This document shows, piece after piece, positions 54,214 through 63,693 of a stretch of 64,000 bases of DNA (the stretch's first letter is position 1; each line of letters starts with the position of its first letter). The notes under the pieces are model-generated. The model worked only from the letters and a program-made list of their open reading frames with translations. It had not been told where the DNA came from and made no database searches. Both the position numbers and the translations under genes were made by a program. Origin of the DNA: Vulcanimicrobiota bacterium (GTDB lineage: Bacteria > Vulcanimicrobiota > Xenobia > Xenobiales > JADMJV01); the NCBI GenBank assembly GCA_017307785.1, contig JAFKGI010000012.1, positions 64,001-128,000 on the forward strand. Direction: 5' to 3'.

Positions 54214-56174
54214 ATTTCTAGCTGCGTCCCCAGTTCGACCACACAGTCGGGCGGAATGCTAAAAAAGGAAGTGGCGTTGAGGGCGTTGCGCGTCATGGCT
54301 GCGAAGACGGTCTCGCGCCAGTAGGGCATGACGCCACCGTGGCGGGGAATTACGGTCTCGCGGCCGACAAAGAAGCTGGCCCGTTCGGGACAGAGCGGTT
54401 GTCCCTCCAGGCTGACCTCGCGCAGGGGACCCATGACGTCGGGTTTTTCGCGGAACCCGAAGCGCAACTGAATACGATAAAACCCGGCCTCCAGAGGGGT
54501 CACCACCACTCGCTCGGCCGGCTCGACGTAAGGGAAACCGGTCACCTCGACCGAGAGGATCACCACCTTATCGGGCAGGGTGTGGTTGTGACTCAAATTG
54601 GCCAGCAGGGCTGGCGGTGTGCCCTCGGGATTGCCATACATAAAGACTCCCACGCCCTCGTGACGATGGACTTCTTCTTCCTTGAGTCGCATCAACAACT
54701 GCTTGAGAGGGACGGTGCGACGCTGCAGCAGTTGGAAAAGGCAGGCGCGCCCCAATTTCCAGGTGCTCATCAGCAGATAGACGCCGGCTCCCACCACCAG
54801 CGGAAACCAGCCGCCCTTGAAAACTTTGACGATGTTGGCCGAAAAGAACGTGGTCTCTATCAACAGGAAGAAGCCGCAAATCGCCAGAGCCTTCGGGCGC
54901 GACCAGTTCCAGCCATGGACCAGCAACATCCCGAACAAGACCGTGGTAATGAGCATGGTGGCCGTGACCGCGATACCGTAGGCGGCCGCCAGGTTGCTGG
55001 AAGTTCGAAAGCCGACCACCAACGCGAGACAGGCCGCCATCAGCACCCAATTGACGGCAGGAACGTAGATCTGACCCTTCTCCGTGTCCGACGTATGCAG
55101 AATCTGCATGCGCGGCAGGTAGCCGAGCTGAATCGCTTGCACCGTGAGCGAGAAGACTGCCGAGATCAAGGCTTGCGAGGCGATGATGGTGGCCAGTGTG
55201 GCCAGACCCACCACCGAGTAAAGCGCCCAACCGGGGGCCATCAGAAAGAAAGGATTGTGGATGGCCTCTGGATTTCGTAGCATCAGAGCGCCTTGCCCCA
55301 GATAGTTAAGTAAAAGCGCGGGAAAAGCTACGAAGAACCAGGCCAACTGAATGGGCTTGCGGCCAAAGTGGCCCATATCAGCATAGAGGGCCTCGCCGCC
55401 GGTGACCACCAGAAAGACCGAACCCAGTACCAGAAAGCCGGTCCAGCCATTGCGCCAGAAGAACGTGAGCGAGTGCCAGGGGTTGAAAGCAGCCAGCACC
55501 GCCGGCTGCTGGACCAACTGGAACAAGCCCAGCAGGGCCAGAACCGAGAACCAGACCAACATCACGGGGCCGAAAAGCTTCCCAACAGAGTCCGTGCCTT
55601 TGTATTGCATCGAGAAGAGACCGACCAGAATGGCCAGGGTCAAGGGAACAATATAGGGCTGGAAGGCCGGGGTGATCAGCTCGAGGCCCTCCACGGCCGA
55701 GAGCACGGAAATCGCCGGAGTAATGATCCCGTCCCCGTAAAGCAACGCCGTTCCGAACAGGCCCAGCGAAAGCAAGATTCCATAGCCTTTAACATTGCGG
55801 CATTTGCTTTCGCCCACCAGGGCGGTCAGGGCCAGGATTCCCCCCTCCCCGTGATGGTCTGCACGCATGACCAGCAACAAATATTTAAGGCAAACCACCA
55901 GCATCAAGGACCAAAAAATCAGCGACACCACGCCCAAGATGTTTTCCGGGTTGATGGCCAGGCCGCCGGTGTGCAGAGCTTCGCGAATAGAATAGAGCGG
56001 AGAAGTCCCGATATCGCCATAGACGACTCCCAGGGCTCCCAGGGCGAGAGAGCGCAAATAGGCCCCTTGCAGAGGCTTGTGAGAGGATTCGTGAACTGGA
56101 GTTGGAGCGGGTGCGGCTTCGGCCGGCACGGGAGTAGCTAAGACGGTCATTGAGCTGAGGCTAGCAGCGCCCAA
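54210..56174 (-). CDS. kup: KUP/HAK/KT potassium uptake transporter
   Basis: N-terminal GDIGTSPLYSIREA signature, 12 TM segments, and a cytoplasmic C-terminal domain; 654 aa. Confidence 0.9.
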   Translation of the reverse strand: MGAASLSSMTVLATPVPAEAAPAPTPVHESSHKPLQGAYLRSLALGALGVVYGDIGTSPLYSIREALHTGGLAINPENILGVVSLIFWSLMLVVCLKYLLLVMRADHHGEGGILALTALVGESKCRNVKGYGILLSLGLFGTALLYGDGIITPAISVLSAVEGLELITPAFQPYIVPLTLAILVGLFSMQYKGTDSVGKLFGPVMLVWFSVLALLGLFQLVQQPAVLAAFNPWHSLTFFWRNGWTGFLVLGSVFLVVTGGEALYADMGHFGRKPIQLAWFFVAFPALLLNYLGQGALMLRNPEAIHNPFFLMAPGWALYSVVGLATLATIIASQALISAVFSLTVQAIQLGYLPRMQILHTSDTEKGQIYVPAVNWVLMAACLALVVGFRTSSNLAAAYGIAVTATMLITTVLFGMLLVHGWNWSRPKALAICGFFLLIETTFFSANIVKVFKGGWFPLVVGAGVYLLMSTWKLGRACLFQLLQRRTVPLKQLLMRLKEEEVHRHEGVGVFMYGNPEGTPPALLANLSHNHTLPDKVVILSVEVTGFPYVEPAERVVVTPLEAGFYRIQLRFGFREKPDVMGPLREVSLEGQPLCPERASFFVGRETVIPRHGGVMPYWRETVFAAMTRNALNATSFFSIPPDCVVELGTQLEI

Positions 56175-56228
56175 GTCAAGGGTTCGTCAAGTACCGTCAA
56201 GACAGGGTCAAGAAAACCTCAAGAGCGG

Positions 56229-56590
56229 CTACTCACCGGCCATCCACCACTCTGCCTTGAGCACCTTCTCGCCCAGGCAGTGGAAGAACAGATAATCGTG
56301 GCGTCCTCGCCAGTAATAAAGCCAGTTTGAGCCCTCCCGCGCATCGGGCTCGCCCATGATCTCCAGCAGGGTCCGGGTGCTCCCCTCCCCCAGCCGCTCC
56401 CCCAACTCGACCATAACTTGATGCTTGCGGCCATCCCAACGGTCCAACGCCGCATTCCAGTCTCCCCCGCTGAAATGCCCCCTCTGCTTGCGGAATTCTT
56501 GATATTCCTGACCCAGGTCATAAAGTGGCGCGGGTTCAGCCCAAATCAGGCCGGTCAAGCACAACCAGAGAAAGAAGCGACGCACAACTT
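56229..56590 (-). CDS. hypothetical secreted protein
   Basis: The C-terminal part of ORF 56229..56693 downstream of the phosphatase gene; hydrophobic signal-like segment FFLWLCLTGLIWA. Start uncertain (possibly GTG). Confidence 0.3.
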
Positions 56591-57099
56591 CAGGTTGGCT
56601 GAAGCCAGTGGCGCACAAACTCAACCTGGGCGTCGGTCTGGGGTGAGCGCGGAAAACGCACGATTTTCTCCATCGTGGTCCAGCGCTGGGCAATGTGGTC
56701 GAGTGCCTGGTCGGCGCTCATCCCCTGTTCGATCAGGTGGCAGGCAACCACCGTGCCGGTGCGGCCGATGCCGCCCCAACAGTGAACGTAAACCTTATGG
56801 CCCTGGTCGAGTCGCAGCTTCAAGTGATCTAAAATCTGGCGCATCGTTTGAAGGCTCGGGACGTCCATGTCACGGATGGTCATACGACGGTGGCCAAAAG
56901 GCTTCGAAGCCTCGATGGTTTCATAAGGGGCCAGGCCGTCTGCCGGGTCGGTCAAGTCGAGGAACTCCGTGATGCCCGCATCGAGAATCCCCTGCAGTTT
57001 CCGCCGGCCCGCCTCGAGTTCGCGCACAATGGGATACTCGCCGGCCATCAATTGGGGCGTGACCCAATAGCAGTTGTGATGAGGACGGCTGGACTCCAT
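56590..57099 (-). CDS. dual-specificity/tyrosine protein phosphatase
   Basis: CX5R P-loop VHCWGGIGRTGTVV with an upstream Asp-containing loop; 169 aa. Confidence 0.8.
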   Translation of the reverse strand: MESSRPHHNCYWVTPQLMAGEYPIVRELEAGRRKLQGILDAGITEFLDLTDPADGLAPYETIEASKPFGHRRMTIRDMDVPSLQTMRQILDHLKLRLDQGHKVYVHCWGGIGRTGTVVACHLIEQGMSADQALDHIAQRWTTMEKIVRFPRSPQTDAQVEFVRHWLQPT

Positions 57100-57968
57100 T
57101 ATTGGAACTGGACGCGCATCTTGACTTTGGGAGAGACTTCGAACTTCTTATCCTGATTGCCGTGCAGATCCGGTCCCACGATCGCACTGACCACGGCCGA
57201 ACGCCCGAAAACCTTCATGGGATAATCGCGGCGCACTCCCACCAGAAACGAGTAGCCGTACTGGGTGGATGGCTGGTCGGCATTGCTACCGGCCACACGC
57301 TGGCCCACGTGCTGGCGTCCTTCGACATGCCAGCTCAAGGGCTGGTCGTGAAAGGTAAAGTTGCCACCTTTGAGTTCCTGATAGGCCTGCACTCCTACAC
57401 TGGTGGTGTTGTGAATCAGGTCCTGGTAGGCTCCTCCGCTGACTTCAAACTTAGCGTAAAGGCCGGGCTTGAAACTGCCCTCCCAGCGCTTGAAGCCCTC
57501 GAGATTCAGACTGCTGTTGACATCGCCATAGGTGCTGATGTCTCCGTGGATGCGCCCACGCAGACCCTGGGTGCGAGACCACCCCTCGCCGAGACTCTCG
57601 GTCTTGCTCAGTTCCGCATCTAAAAACTCGCCTCGGACCCGTAAACCGGGAGTCATTCCCGAGAGCCGCGGAGTGACGTTGATGTCGGCCGGCCGGAAAT
57701 GCAACGTGTAATCACCAACCTGAGTGGAACTTTTGGTGAAAACGTCGGCCAGGTCCGGATTCGCCTTGACCACAGCTTTACCGACGTTGGCCGCCTGGGC
57801 AACCTGCGGCGCCAGACTCATCCCGGTCAGGGCAGCCAATCCGGCAGCCCCGACCAGCCCCTTGGAAACCTCATTTCCTTTTTGCTCCACCGGTTGAGAG
57901 CCGCCGCCCAGTTGGCGGTGCGGTCCGACAAAGGCGGGAGCGGTGTGCAGTGGCGACAGGTTTCTCAT
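57099..57968 (-). CDS. secreted/outer-membrane beta-rich hypothetical protein
   Basis: Signal-like N-terminus ending AQA and an alternating beta-strand pattern; the stop overlaps the phosphatase start. Confidence 0.4.
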   Translation of the reverse strand: MRNLSPLHTAPAFVGPHRQLGGGSQPVEQKGNEVSKGLVGAAGLAALTGMSLAPQVAQAANVGKAVVKANPDLADVFTKSSTQVGDYTLHFRPADINVTPRLSGMTPGLRVRGEFLDAELSKTESLGEGWSRTQGLRGRIHGDISTYGDVNSSLNLEGFKRWEGSFKPGLYAKFEVSGGAYQDLIHNTTSVGVQAYQELKGGNFTFHDQPLSWHVEGRQHVGQRVAGSNADQPSTQYGYSFLVGVRRDYPMKVFGRSAVVSAIVGPDLHGNQDKKFEVSPKVKMRVQFQ

Positions 57969-58001
57969 AGGCTCAGGTTAGCCGGGCAGACTGAAAAAAA
58001 A

Positions 58002-58781
58002 CTATTTCTTGAGCAACTCCAACAGACGCTGCCAGCCGTCTTTGCAGGCCTGGGCATTGGCGTCGGAAGCGTCGGGGGCAGCGCCCGCCCGCATAAATCC
58101 GTGACCCGCACCCAGATGAATTTTGGGCTCGAAGGTCTTTCCAGCGGTCTTCATGGCTTTCTCCGTGGCTTCCAAGGTCTGATTGATGCGAGCGTCGTTC
58201 TCGGCGTAGAAGCCATAGACCGGACAGACGACCTTTTCGGGATTCTCGGGCGGCGAGCCATAGAAGACGAAGGCCCGCTTCAGTCCGGCTTCGGTGGTGG
58301 CGAAGCGAAAGCTCTGGGAACCGCCCCAGCAGAAACCGGCCACCGACAGCTCCGGGGCGGCGGCCGGCAGCGTCTTTGCGTAAGCAGCGGCGGCGTGCAG
58401 GTCCGAAGTGACCTGCTCGGGCTTCAGCGTCCCGACCGCCTTGCGCGCTGCGTCATCGCCTCCGAACTCGGCCGTTCCTCCACCCTTCGGACCCATCTCG
58501 GAAAGCAAGTCGGGGGCGATGACCACATACCCGTGAGCGGCCAGTTCATCAGCCACCATGCGCACCCAATCGGTCAGACCGAAGATCTCGTGGATGAGCA
58601 CGATGCAAGGAGCTTTCCCCTTGACTTCCGGGTAGGCCACGAAACACTCGACCGTGCGGGAGCCGGCCTTGACCTTGACCCACTCCAGATGGCGTGGGGA
58701 CTTCTCCAGTCGAGCCTTAGCCCAATCCTGAGCCAACACGGGGGTACAAAGTAAAACGAGCAACAACAGAATCTTTCGCAT
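58002..58781 (-). CDS. dienelactone hydrolase family protein
   Basis: Signal peptide. DLH pattern (IVLIHEIFGL...HGYVVIAPDL...AGFCWGG nucleophile elbow...GAGHGF). Confidence 0.8.
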   Translation of the reverse strand: MRKILLLLVLLCTPVLAQDWAKARLEKSPRHLEWVKVKAGSRTVECFVAYPEVKGKAPCIVLIHEIFGLTDWVRMVADELAAHGYVVIAPDLLSEMGPKGGGTAEFGGDDAARKAVGTLKPEQVTSDLHAAAAYAKTLPAAAPELSVAGFCWGGSQSFRFATTEAGLKRAFVFYGSPPENPEKVVCPVYGFYAENDARINQTLEATEKAMKTAGKTFEPKIHLGAGHGFMRAGAAPDASDANAQACKDGWQRLLELLKK

Positions 58782-58793
58782 GAAGATTCCTTT

Positions 58794-59804
58794 TTATGGC
58801 AGCGGGAATTTCCCCCCGGGGTCGCCGTTCAGAAACTTTTGGATCCGCTGAGAACCATCGACCACGTTGTGGTGGAAAATGTAGTCCGGAGAGTGATAGT
58901 GGCGAACCACATTGATATTTTTACCTTTGACCATCTGGTAGAGATAGCGCGTAGTATCCACCGCAAAGCCGACAGCCGAGCCGATACTGAGCGGTCCAAG
59001 ATAGTTGCGAAAGACGCTGTAGACCGGATCACTCTTACTGCCGGTATAGTAAATATTCTCGGCCTTGACTCCCGCCTTGGTGAAGTCTTTGAAAGCGGCC
59101 GCCGAGGCCATCGAGAGGATTCGCACGTTGTCAGCCACTTGCTGCTTCATTCCCTGGCGGGACAATAAGGTCAGAGCGGCCGCCGTCTCTGCGCCTCCCC
59201 CACTATGAGTGACCAACTGCACTTTGCGTCCGGCTAGCAACGACTGTTTGACCTCGTCGTGGACCGACTTGATGGCCGGATCGATCTTGAAAAGCTTTTT
59301 ACTGGCCCACTCCAGCGGGACGACGTGGTTCTGGACTAACTTGAGCATAAACAGGGCTTTGCCGATCCGCGCCACGTCGTGAACGCCGGACTTGCCGGCT
59401 CCTTCGTGGATACCAATCACGCTCTGCCCGACATCTGCGCCGGTACTGGCCTGACCGTGAAAAAAGCAACGGATCTGGCGTTCCTGCTCAGGCAACTCCT
59501 GGTGGATTCCGTCCACGTAGATCACGACGCGCCCGTCCGCATTGACGGCTGACTGGGGGATGTCGGCGGGCAATTCCGGCCTGGTCTCACCCGACAGCTT
59601 GAGGACGTTGGTCTCTCCTTTCGGAGTCTGCTCGTAGACAATGCCCTTCAGATGAGGCGGCTCTTGCTGAGTGGTTTCTTGAGCCTGCACATAGTCGACG
59701 CTGATTCCGATGTCTTCCGGAAGATCGGAAGGAGGCGGCGGAGCGGGCTTGAGCAGTGGCTTGGGAGTGAGCGGACGTTGGGGGGCCTGGATTTTCACCC
59801 CCAT
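58794..59804 (-). CDS. alpha/beta-hydrolase-like protein with Pro-rich N-terminus
   Basis: Nucleophile-elbow-like VTHSGGG motif and a conserved His near the C-terminus (VRHYHSPD); no signal peptide. Confidence 0.4.
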   Translation of the reverse strand: MGVKIQAPQRPLTPKPLLKPAPPPPSDLPEDIGISVDYVQAQETTQQEPPHLKGIVYEQTPKGETNVLKLSGETRPELPADIPQSAVNADGRVVIYVDGIHQELPEQERQIRCFFHGQASTGADVGQSVIGIHEGAGKSGVHDVARIGKALFMLKLVQNHVVPLEWASKKLFKIDPAIKSVHDEVKQSLLAGRKVQLVTHSGGGAETAAALTLLSRQGMKQQVADNVRILSMASAAAFKDFTKAGVKAENIYYTGSKSDPVYSVFRNYLGPLSIGSAVGFAVDTTRYLYQMVKGKNINVVRHYHSPDYIFHHNVVDGSQRIQKFLNGDPGGKFPLP

Positions 59805-59890
59805 AGCATGGGGTATCGGAGAGACGGCGTCAGGACATGAATTGTTACAACTTGGGAAGGCGCCCCTAGTTGGCGAAAGAAGTCTCCCCT

Positions 59891-60829
59891 ATGCTCCCGC
59901 TCCTGGAGGCTCTGGAACCCTGCCAGCGGATCCTGATCGCCGGTGCCGGCGGGGGTTTCGACGTGGTGGCCGGCGTCCCGTTATACGAATACTTGAGAGC
60001 GCAAGGCAAGCAAGTCTGGCTGGCCAGCCTTTCCTTCTCCGAGCTGTCCAAGGCCCGAGGGCGCAAACGGGGCACCTACATCCTGGAAGTCGATGCCGAC
60101 TCGGGGGGTGACGAGGACTATTTCCCCGAGCGCTATCTCAGCGAATGGTTCTGGCTAGGCGGGGAGTCGGTCCCGGTTTATTGCTACAAAGCGGCCGGAC
60201 CGATGGTGATGCTGGAAATCTATCAACAGATGGTCCGCGATTTTCAGCTCGACGGCCTGATTTTGGTGGATGGTGGAACCGACATCTTGATGCGCGGGGA
60301 TGAACCGGCTCTGGGGACTCCCCTGGAAGATATGTGCAGCCTGGCTGCCGCCGAGATGCTGGAGGTAGCGCACAAATTTGTTGTCTGCCTGGGATTCGGG
60401 GTGGATGCCTTTCACGAAGTCTGCCATCACTACGTCTTGGAGGCAATTGCGGACTTGAATCGCCACGGCGACTACCTGGGCGCTCTCTCTCTCACGGGCG
60501 ATATGCCCGAGTTCCAGGCCCTGACCGAGGCGGTGGAATACGTCTGCTCGCGCACTCCCGGCAAAGAAAGCATCGTCATGACTTCCGTGGTCGCCGCAGG
60601 TCGCGGGAATTTCGGGAACTTTCACCCGACCGTTCGCACCTCGGAGAGTCAGCTGTTTCTCAATCCGCTGATGTCCATGTATTTCTGCTTTCGACTGGAC
60701 GGTCTGGCTCGGCGATGTCTCTATTTGGACTACCTGAAGGCAAAATACGGACGCTGGGAGGTTCACCGCGGCATCTGCAACTTTCTCAGCACGATTACTC
60801 CACGAGAATGGAAGCGTTTGCCCTTGTAA
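59891..60829 (+). CDS. hypothetical protein with N-terminal glycine-rich G-A-G-G-G-F-D motif (possibly DUF1152-like)
   Basis: ATG at 59891 (a TTG alternative at 59870). ILIAGAGGGFDVVAGVPLY N-terminal motif; the DUF1152 assignment is from memory of that family and uncertain. Confidence 0.4.
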   Translation: MLPLLEALEPCQRILIAGAGGGFDVVAGVPLYEYLRAQGKQVWLASLSFSELSKARGRKRGTYILEVDADSGGDEDYFPERYLSEWFWLGGESVPVYCYKAAGPMVMLEIYQQMVRDFQLDGLILVDGGTDILMRGDEPALGTPLEDMCSLAAAEMLEVAHKFVVCLGFGVDAFHEVCHHYVLEAIADLNRHGDYLGALSLTGDMPEFQALTEAVEYVCSRTPGKESIVMTSVVAAGRGNFGNFHPTVRTSESQLFLNPLMSMYFCFRLDGLARRCLYLDYLKAKYGRWEVHRGICNFLSTITPREWKRLPL

Positions 60830-60845
60830 TGGAGAAGGCGCGCCC

Positions 60846-62213
60846 ATGTCCGCTCCGCAACTCGAATTTTACTCTTCCATCGTCGTCCTCACCGGCTCCG
60901 GTCTCTCGGCTCGGTCGGGCGTCCCCGTGGACCCCGAAATGGGTAGAGATGGCGATTGGACGTCCCTCTATCCCGTCCACATGCTGGCCCTACAGGCCCA
61001 GCCAAACGATTGCCATCTGGCTCTGGCTGAGTGGGAAAAACGCGTGCTGGAGCGCCGTGGCCAGTTCACCCTGCTGACCCACAATACCGACGGACTGCAC
61101 CAACGGGCCGGGAGTCAGAACGTGGTGGAGTTGGCGGGCTCCATGCACAGGCTGCGGTGCGATCAGTGTGACTGGAATGAAGACCGTTTTTGGGAGTTGC
61201 CGCTTCCTGAGTGTCCCAGCTGCGGAGGAGCCACTCGTCCCGACATTCATTGGTTCGGCCAGAGTGCGCCTACCCAGACCGAGTGGTTGGCCCAACGAGC
61301 TCTACGACGCTGCGATCTTTTTCTGGCCCTGGCGGTCACGGAATCGACACCACGGGTGGTGGATTTCGCCAATCTGGCCCGCTTCGCCAAGGCACGCAAT
61401 GTACTGGTCAGTCTGGATCACACTGCCCATCTGGCTGACGAATTCGACCAGGTGCACGACGTCTCGGCGGAAGATTTTATCGAAGAGATTTGGAAAAGCG
61501 CCCAGGCCCTCAAGCAGCCCAACCGCCTGCTGCCGCTGAGTCCGCCGGACAGCCCCAACGCCCCCCACGAGACCGCTGATCTGAAGCCTCTGCAGAAGTC
61601 TTTTACCTCGGGCTATCTGGCCATCTACGACATTGCAGACTTCAAGACCCGAAACCACCTGCTCGGTCACGCCCAGGGCGACCAGGACCTGGAGGAGTTC
61701 AGTCAAGTTGCCCAAGCGGTGGGTGTACAGGCCTGCATGCGCTATTCCCAGGATCAATTTGTGGTCTTGAGCCCCAGGATGGAAACGCTGGAAGCTCTCC
61801 AGGTCACCTACGCCAAAGAGCAAGAAGTACGCTCCGGTTACCGCGCTCTGGCCTGCCGCGAAGGAACTTTACGCAGCAAGGTCGTGACCCACAGCCTGCG
61901 CCTGCGACGCGGCGTCCGAGTCGCCTACGTGATGGTCTTTCGCGGCCAGGCTCTGGATGACGCCGCCAGACAGGTTGCCGAGCGGGTCAAACTGGCCACC
62001 GTCGACCATCTGGTCGCTCTCAACGAAATACAGGACGGCCCCTACCGACCCTGGTCCGCCTTGAGCGGAGAGTTTTCCGTTCTGCAATGCCCTTTCTGCG
62101 AAGGGAGCGAATTCGACTGGAGCTCGGAAGACGTGGCTCACTTCGGGCGCGAGGGCAAATGTCGCCAATGCGGTAGTGAAGTCGAGTTCGAGAACTTTAC
62201 GGAAAGCGAGTGA
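60846..62213 (+). CDS. sirtuin (Sir2)-like domain fused to a GGDEF-like domain and C-terminal zinc ribbon; both signature motifs degenerate
   Basis: The Sir2-like N-terminal half is read by alignment to CobB (GSGLSARSGVP; THNTDGLHQRAGSQNVVELAGSMHRLRC; four-Cys zinc site CDQC...CPSCGG). The C-terminal half is read by alignment to the PleD GGDEF domain (LAIYDIADFKTRNHLLGHAQGDQDLEEF ... CMRYSQDQFVVLSP). A final CPFC...CRQC ribbon follows. The degenerate positions are detailed in the hunt finding. Confidence 0.65.
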   Translation: MSAPQLEFYSSIVVLTGSGLSARSGVPVDPEMGRDGDWTSLYPVHMLALQAQPNDCHLALAEWEKRVLERRGQFTLLTHNTDGLHQRAGSQNVVELAGSMHRLRCDQCDWNEDRFWELPLPECPSCGGATRPDIHWFGQSAPTQTEWLAQRALRRCDLFLALAVTESTPRVVDFANLARFAKARNVLVSLDHTAHLADEFDQVHDVSAEDFIEEIWKSAQALKQPNRLLPLSPPDSPNAPHETADLKPLQKSFTSGYLAIYDIADFKTRNHLLGHAQGDQDLEEFSQVAQAVGVQACMRYSQDQFVVLSPRMETLEALQVTYAKEQEVRSGYRALACREGTLRSKVVTHSLRLRRGVRVAYVMVFRGQALDDAARQVAERVKLATVDHLVALNEIQDGPYRPWSALSGEFSVLQCPFCEGSEFDWSSEDVAHFGREGKCRQCGSEVEFENFTESE

Positions 62214-62653
62214 GGCTGCTCCTTTTCGTCTTCTTCTGCCACGCCTGCGGCCATTTTTCCGCCCGCCTGGCCCTACCCGGTCTGCGCGACTGGTTCTGCC
62301 ATCTCAAAAAGCCCGAATGGCATCCTCCCGCCTGGGTGTTTGCCAAAGTCTGGCTGCTGCTCTATACCCTCATGGGGATCGCGGGTTGGCGGCTCTACCC
62401 TGCTCATTCCTGGTTGCTCTGCCTGTGGCTGGCCCAACTGGGACTCAATCAACTCTGGACCTACCTGTTCTTTGTGCGCAGGTCGCCCGGCCTTGCTCTT
62501 ATCGACAACCTCTGCCTGTGGGCCACCTTGGGCCTATATGTCGTCCTGTGCTGGCCTCACGACCCGTTGGCCGCTGCCCTATTGGTGCCGGAATGGCTCT
62601 GGATCGGCTTCGCCAGTTCCGTCAACTACGCCACTTGGAAGCTCAACCGTTAA
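62210..62653 (+). CDS. tspO: TspO/MBR tryptophan-rich sensory protein
   Basis: GTG start overlapping the upstream TGA. Five-TM Trp-rich pattern (PPAWVFAKVWLLLYTLMGIAGW...LWLAQLGLNQLWTYLFF...PEWLWIGFASSVNYATW). Confidence 0.75.
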   Translation: MRLLLFVFFCHACGHFSARLALPGLRDWFCHLKKPEWHPPAWVFAKVWLLLYTLMGIAGWRLYPAHSWLLCLWLAQLGLNQLWTYLFFVRRSPGLALIDNLCLWATLGLYVVLCWPHDPLAAALLVPEWLWIGFASSVNYATWKLNR

Positions 62654-62690
62654 GAGGTATTTAGGGAGCAGGTCGGAATCTCGGCCATCC

Positions 62691-63617
62691 ATGATTTCAT
62701 CGGCGGACCCGATCGCGGCCTCCTTCGAGTTCGTGCAACTGCGGGAGTGCCCGTTGTGCGGGCATCCGGAGCGTTCACCAGCCTACCAGCGACGCTACCA
62801 GGGAATGGAGATTCGCTGGGAACGTTGTCAGGCTTGCCGTTTCGTTTTCCAGAACCCGAAACTGAGTCGCGAGTCCCTCAACTCCATTTACCGTTCCTCC
62901 ACCTACTGGAACGTGCAGAAAATGGAGACCCAAAGCGGCTTACGCCTGGGATACAGCGACTACGCCAAAGGAGAAGCCTACCGCTTGCGCCAGTCGCAAT
63001 GGAGGCTGAAACAGATTCGACGCTTCGCTCCTGAGGGCGCCCGCTGGTTGGATGTGGCCTGCGCAACCGGATTTTTTGTAAAGACGCTGGTGGACGCGGG
63101 CTTCCAATCCTGGGGAGTCGAGTTGTCCTCCCAAATGGCTCAGTTCGGCAAAGAGCGCTACGGCGTCGATATCGAGGCCTGCGACTTCGATCAGTATGTT
63201 CCACCCGGCGGTCCCGTGCAAGCGCTCTCGATCTGGGGAGCGGACTCCAACTTCTACGACCCGGTCCAAACCTATCAGCACGCCAACCGCATGCTGAGTG
63301 ACGACGGCTGGTTGTTCTTCAACTTCTGGGATTTTGACCATCCGATTCGGCCACTGCTGGGCGAGTTCAAAATCGGACTCAACGGCCTCTACCAACTGAA
63401 CCGCAAAAACATCCATCTGCTGCTGGCCAAGTCCGGATTCCGGGCCGAACTCGTGAAAATGGAGTGGTCCTTTGCTTCTCTGGAAGCCATCCTGTCCCTG
63501 ACCGGCCGCTTCCTACCGCTCCAATGGCTGGGAGGCCTCGGCCTGGCCCGGGCTATTTTTCAAGTGCCCACCTTCAGCGGCTTCCTGGTGGCCGCCCGCA
63601 AAGTCCACTCCGTCTAG
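62691..63617 (+). CDS. class I SAM-dependent methyltransferase with N-terminal zinc ribbon
   Basis: ATG at 62691 inside ORF 62340..63617. CPLCG...CQAC ribbon followed by a SAM motif I (WLDVACATGFFVKTLV) and motif II/III-like blocks. Confidence 0.7.
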   Translation: MISSADPIAASFEFVQLRECPLCGHPERSPAYQRRYQGMEIRWERCQACRFVFQNPKLSRESLNSIYRSSTYWNVQKMETQSGLRLGYSDYAKGEAYRLRQSQWRLKQIRRFAPEGARWLDVACATGFFVKTLVDAGFQSWGVELSSQMAQFGKERYGVDIEACDFDQYVPPGGPVQALSIWGADSNFYDPVQTYQHANRMLSDDGWLFFNFWDFDHPIRPLLGEFKIGLNGLYQLNRKNIHLLLAKSGFRAELVKMEWSFASLEAILSLTGRFLPLQWLGGLGLARAIFQVPTFSGFLVAARKVHSV

Positions 63618-63646
63618 GGGCGGGAGAGACACTCTCCTCAAGCAAG

Positions 63647-63680
63647 AAAAGACCGGCCTGGAGGCCGGTCTTTTCTTTCA
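63647..63680. terminator. bidirectional rho-independent terminator
   Basis: AAAAGACCGGCC-TGGA-GGCCGGTCTTTT: a 10-bp GC stem flanked by A and T tracts, lying between the convergent methyltransferase and S8 peptidase genes. Confidence 0.7.
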
Positions 63681-63693
63681 GTGCAAGGGGGGC

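Noticed and set aside
54339-55280. 313-aa plus-strand ORF and other ORFs antisense to kup.
   Set aside because: The Kup signature and 12-TM pattern on the minus strand are unambiguous.
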